A stretch of 64,000 bases of DNA, taken from IMG/VR virus record IMGVR_UViG_3300027710_000009. The stretch is one strand, 5' to 3'. The notes beneath the pieces are model-generated. The model was not told the origin of the DNA. It was given only the letters and a program-made list of their open reading frames with translations, and did not search any database. Position 1 is the stretch's first letter. Each line of letters opens with the position of its first letter. The position numbers and the translations under genes were made by a program. This DNA comes from a virus (Duplodnaviria; Heunggongvirae; Uroviricota; Caudoviricetes). Below, one piece after another: positions 60,344-64,000 of this stretch.

Positions 60344-61535
60344 AACCCATGGCCTTTGCTATTTCTGAATGCGTTTGTGCAAAGTGTTCTTTGCGATTGG
60401 CATCTGTACGTGCCATAAACTCACAAAACTCTTGACCATCACTGCCTGCACCGTTTTCAATAAAGCCAATGATACCAGCAATGTCTTTGTGAAATCTAGC
60501 ATGAAACTTTGCAGTACGCAAGTGATCCAACACCAGTTGTTTTGCCAAAGCAGTCATGCGACCAATGTTCATGCGCACAGGGTCATGCAACATGTTGAAG
60601 TATATGCTGTTGAATCCTTGTGCATCTGCCCACTCGCATATTTCTTCAAGGTAAAAGACATTTTGTATGTTTACTGTTATACAAACCTGTAGTGAAATGT
60701 TTTGTGATGTGGTGCGCAACTGTGTTGCACGAGAGATGTTGTCACATACTTCGTTCCATACAGCACCAGCACGTTCTAGTTCAAACCGTTTGCCGATATT
60801 GTCCACGCTGAATGCAATTTCAACATGCTTGAACTGGGTCCAAATTTTTACCAGTTCTGGATCCCATACAGTGCCATTGGTGTTGTAGTGTATGCTGATG
60901 TCTTTGGCATAGCCGTGATCCACAGCAATTTTAAGTAGGTCAACATGCTCTTTGATCAAAAAAGGCTCGCCGCCCGTGAACTCAAAATACTTGACATTTG
61001 GCAGCAGGCTCTGCAGGTCCTTCCAGAACTCATCAGTCTTGCGTGGCCATTCGCCTAGTTTTATTTCTTGATATGCACGTGAAGCTTTGGGATTGGCAGG
61101 ATTTTGAAAAGTCATTTCTTCCTGTGCCCACTTGCTACTTGACCATGTGCCGCAGATGCGGCATTTGAGATTGCAGATATTACCCAGTTTGAGATCAAGA
61201 AACCACAGTTGATCATGTGAAGGATTGTGCCAGTTAATGTCTTTGATGTGTTTGTCAAATTTGAGATTGTTCCATTGCCGTTTGCTGGTACGACCAGCAT
61301 CCTCTTCTGACCAGCAACGTTGACAGGCACTGGGACGAACGCCTGCTAGAAAGTCTTGTCTTAGTTTTTGTACACTGTCACTGTAGTATGCTGTGGACAA
61401 GCCATCAGCCACAGTTAACATACGCCCGTTGTGAGTTACTTCGTCCAGCGCCAGACAACAGGTACGCATGGTACCAGCGGCCGTGGCCTCCAGTGAAATC
61501 CAAGGTAACACACAAATCTTAGGGTTTGGCAGCAT
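60330..61535 (-). CDS. Radical SAM protein with N-terminal twitch-like Cys cluster
   Basis: ICVLPW...TCC...CQRC; CNLKCRIC; GGEPF; YNTNG; FSVD. Confidence 0.92.
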   Translation of the reverse strand: MLPNPKICVLPWISLEATAAGTMRTCCLALDEVTHNGRMLTVADGLSTAYYSDSVQKLRQDFLAGVRPSACQRCWSEEDAGRTSKRQWNNLKFDKHIKDINWHNPSHDQLWFLDLKLGNICNLKCRICGTWSSSKWAQEEMTFQNPANPKASRAYQEIKLGEWPRKTDEFWKDLQSLLPNVKYFEFTGGEPFLIKEHVDLLKIAVDHGYAKDISIHYNTNGTVWDPELVKIWTQFKHVEIAFSVDNIGKRFELERAGAVWNEVCDNISRATQLRTTSQNISLQVCITVNIQNVFYLEEICEWADAQGFNSIYFNMLHDPVRMNIGRMTALAKQLVLDHLRTAKFHARFHKDIAGIIGFIENGAGSDGQEFCEFMARTDANRKEHFAQTHSEIAKAMGYEQA

Positions 61536-62826
61536 GGCGAAATGATTCTTCTAGTTCAGGAAATGTTTTGAACAAATCCTCTTGACGCAAGCTATCTAAT
61601 TTACGAGTCTGCGAAAAAAATTCTGGTAACAAATGCTGTTGTTGCATAGCATCCATGAAAGATAGCATTCCATTGAATCCAGATGTGGCACGATTAAGTT
61701 TGTCATACGGCTTTAACCATTCAATATGTGCTAAAACTTTTTTCCGAACTTGATCTTTAATTTCTTGGGGTAGAATATCAATCCTGTACCAGTCTGGTTT
61801 TTGTAAAATATTAATATTGATATCTTGTGGATCAATGAGCCCTAGTTCAACCCACTCTCGATGAAAGTCAACAATGTGCAACACATTAAAAATACTAACA
61901 GTTGGACTTATATAAAAATCTACTTTTGGGCATACAGCTTGCATGCGTTTTCGATTCTCTACAATATCTGCCCACTCAGTACCTTTACGCATGTACTCCC
62001 CGCGCTCATAACTGGCATCTAAACTGGCACCAATACTAACTGAGTCAAAGAGTTTCCATAGTTCTAGCACGTCTTGATCTTTGTAGGCCAGTTTGCTAAA
62101 GTTTGAATTGTAAACAAGACTCACGTGAAACATTTTTCTTTTTACCAGTTCGTTTAACAAACGATAATGTTCTTCCATAATAAGTGGTTCGCCACCAGCA
62201 AAATATATGCGATCAAGATGTGGAATGTGTTCTTGCATCTGTTCCCACATGTCTTCTTCGGTACGTCCAGCATAGGTAATTCGCGGTTGCTCTTTGGGGC
62301 CCCACAGTTTTACTTCGTCATTGTACCAGTTACTGCTAAAGGTACTGCCACAACTGCGGCAACGAAAGTTACACACATTGGAGAAGCGAATGTCATAGTA
62401 ACGTATCTTGAAATCTTCCACAGTACCATCAGGCAGTGTATTGTCTACTAGTCCAACATGGTGTCCAAAACTTTGACTGATACTATGGCGCATGCTGACA
62501 AATCCTGCACGTTCTTGTTCGTAACAACGACTGCATTCTTTGCTGGGTTGTCCGTTTAGCATGTTAAGCCGTATTTCTTTAAGGCCTTCGCTGTTCCAGA
62601 CTTCTTTCATTGTTTGTTTTTTAAGGTCGCCAATTGGCATGTTGTAATCGGTGATACAACAAGGATATGCACGACCATCTGGGTAAGCATGCAAGTGTAT
62701 CCATGGCAACATACAAAAATGCGGATCTGTTAGCAACAGGTCTTGATGCCACTGGGGCATTTTTTCTATGTCCGCATTAAGGGGTTTGCGACTGTTGTAG
62801 GTATAGTCTCTAGGGTATTTGCTCAT
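61519..62826 (-). CDS. Radical SAM protein with N-terminal twitch-like Cys cluster
   Basis: FCMLPW...PCC...CSRC; CNFRCRSC; GGEPL; YNSN; ASLD. Confidence 0.92.
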   Translation of the reverse strand: MSKYPRDYTYNSRKPLNADIEKMPQWHQDLLLTDPHFCMLPWIHLHAYPDGRAYPCCITDYNMPIGDLKKQTMKEVWNSEGLKEIRLNMLNGQPSKECSRCYEQERAGFVSMRHSISQSFGHHVGLVDNTLPDGTVEDFKIRYYDIRFSNVCNFRCRSCGSTFSSNWYNDEVKLWGPKEQPRITYAGRTEEDMWEQMQEHIPHLDRIYFAGGEPLIMEEHYRLLNELVKRKMFHVSLVYNSNFSKLAYKDQDVLELWKLFDSVSIGASLDASYERGEYMRKGTEWADIVENRKRMQAVCPKVDFYISPTVSIFNVLHIVDFHREWVELGLIDPQDININILQKPDWYRIDILPQEIKDQVRKKVLAHIEWLKPYDKLNRATSGFNGMLSFMDAMQQQHLLPEFFSQTRKLDSLRQEDLFKTFPELEESFRHAAKP

Positions 62827-64000
62827 AGAATTCCTTAAGTTCAGGGAAAGTGGTAATAAAGTTCTTTCCTCTGCGTTGATCGTATTGTGCGTAAAATTGT
62901 TTGAAATCGTTTTGCATTCTAGGCAATTCTGGTCCAGTCACTGGTTCTCGCAAGTAGTTGATTAACCGTGTCAATTGATTGATTTCGTGTTCGTGCATGA
63001 GACTATTGTTTTGATATTGCTCAACTATTTGTTCAATGGCATGTGCATATTCCATGCGTAGTGCAAGTGGTAGAACGTATGCACTTTGAAAACTTGGAAA
63101 ACGCAAGATGTTAAAGCTCATGCTAGGAAAATCTCTGCCGTAACTTTGCTTGAACATCATCATGGTAGTAATGAACGCTGGTAGTCCGGGCAAACACAAT
63201 GCGTTGATGGTACACATCATGTGCAATCCACGTATGCCACTGTTGGCAATCTTTTCTATATTTTTAACCCAGGCCGGCCAGTCTAATCCATCACGTATGT
63301 ATTCTGCCTGTGCAGTTATTGTTTCGCAACTGGTATATATGTCTAGTTCAATGCCTTGCGTAGATGCCAGCAGTCGATCAACGTCTACTTCTCGGCCAAG
63401 GTTGGTGTTGATAGCTAGACGTGTGTTTGAGCGTCCTTGGTTTTGTTTGAACCAGTCAATGAGTTTCCAGGTATGGGCCGACATGAGTGGCTCTCCTCCT
63501 GTGATGCGGAGCTCTGTAAGGGTGCGGTGGAGGTCAGTTTCCCACCATTTGAAAAAAGCCTCCACATACGGATTAGTCTCACCGAATTTATAAAGTTGAC
63601 TATGATCATGAGTGTGAGTAAAATGACCGCGCCCGTCTGATACCAGGTTAATGTAGGGTCCGTTTTTACGTATGTCATTAACCCAAGTACTACTAAAAGC
63701 AGGGTTACAATAAGAGCAAGCAAACTGACAAGTTCTGTCAAAAGCAATTTCCAACGTGCGAAGGTTGAAGTCGGTATAACTTGGTTGGGTGAATGCAACA
63801 TTTAGGTCCTCCTCGGAATGTATCACAGTTTTATAGACACGATCAGATACAGCATCCGTGTTCATGTCTTCGATCTTCCAGCAGTAGTCACACCCTGCTG
63901 GGCGTTCACCACGTTGCATTTGCTCACGCTCTTTTTTCTTTTGCGTGGTGTTGTGCAATGCGGCAGGATTTTGACTTATTTGATCTAAGTCAATAGCGTG
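62810..64000 (-). CDS. Radical SAM protein, 5'-truncated by the window end
   Basis: Frame is open to 64000 (HAIDLDQISQNPAALHNT...); CDYCW, CQFACSYC, GGEPL, INTN. Confidence 0.9.
   Translation of the reverse strand, partial: HAIDLDQISQNPAALHNTTQKKKEREQMQRGERPAGCDYCWKIEDMNTDAVSDRVYKTVIHSEEDLNVAFTQPSYTDFNLRTLEIAFDRTCQFACSYCNPAFSSTWVNDIRKNGPYINLVSDGRGHFTHTHDHSQLYKFGETNPYVEAFFKWWETDLHRTLTELRITGGEPLMSAHTWKLIDWFKQNQGRSNTRLAINTNLGREVDVDRLLASTQGIELDIYTSCETITAQAEYIRDGLDWPAWVKNIEKIANSGIRGLHMMCTINALCLPGLPAFITTMMMFKQSYGRDFPSMSFNILRFPSFQSAYVLPLALRMEYAHAIEQIVEQYQNNSLMHEHEINQLTRLINYLREPVTGPELPRMQNDFKQFYAQYDQRRGKNFITTFPELKEFYEQIP

Noticed and set aside
1-64000. Stop-codon reassignment (TAG or TGA), as in some jumbo phages
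   Set aside because: Genes are full length and tightly packed in the standard code, and TAA, TAG and TGA all end recognisable genes

Overview
This 64-kb window is a gene-dense piece of a large lytic myophage genome with T4/T5-like core genes, read in the standard genetic code. It has five blocks. (1) 1-8.3 kb, minus strand: a gp55-like late sigma factor, then a gp47/gp46 (Mre11/Rad50-like) and T5-D14-like resolvase operon interleaved with four radical SAM/twitch enzymes, ending in what may be the start of a structured non-coding RNA at the window edge. (2) 8.4-45.2 kb, plus strand: a late baseplate/tail module with gp53-, hub-, gp5-, gp25- and gp6-like genes, a 6,180-aa virion protein and two paralogous tail fibres, with TAAATA late promoters and a terminator. 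(3) 45.3-52 kb: an early region with four near-consensus sigma70 promoters whose -35 boxes each sit in an inverted repeat, driving a MoxR AAA+/VWA-peptidase pair and small unknown genes. (4) 52-56.6 kb: DHFR, ThyA and an NDP-amino-sugar module (SDR epimerase/dehydratase, DegT aminotransferase, Gfo/Idh/MocA oxidoreductase). (5) 56.6-64 kb, minus strand, convergent with block 4: a glycosyltransferase-like gene, an unknown gene and four more radical SAM enzymes. The best candidate for an undescribed system is the set of eight radical SAM/twitch paralogues together with the amino-sugar and glycosyltransferase genes, possibly a DNA or virion glyco-modification pathway. All calls come from motif recognition by eye; no database searches were run.
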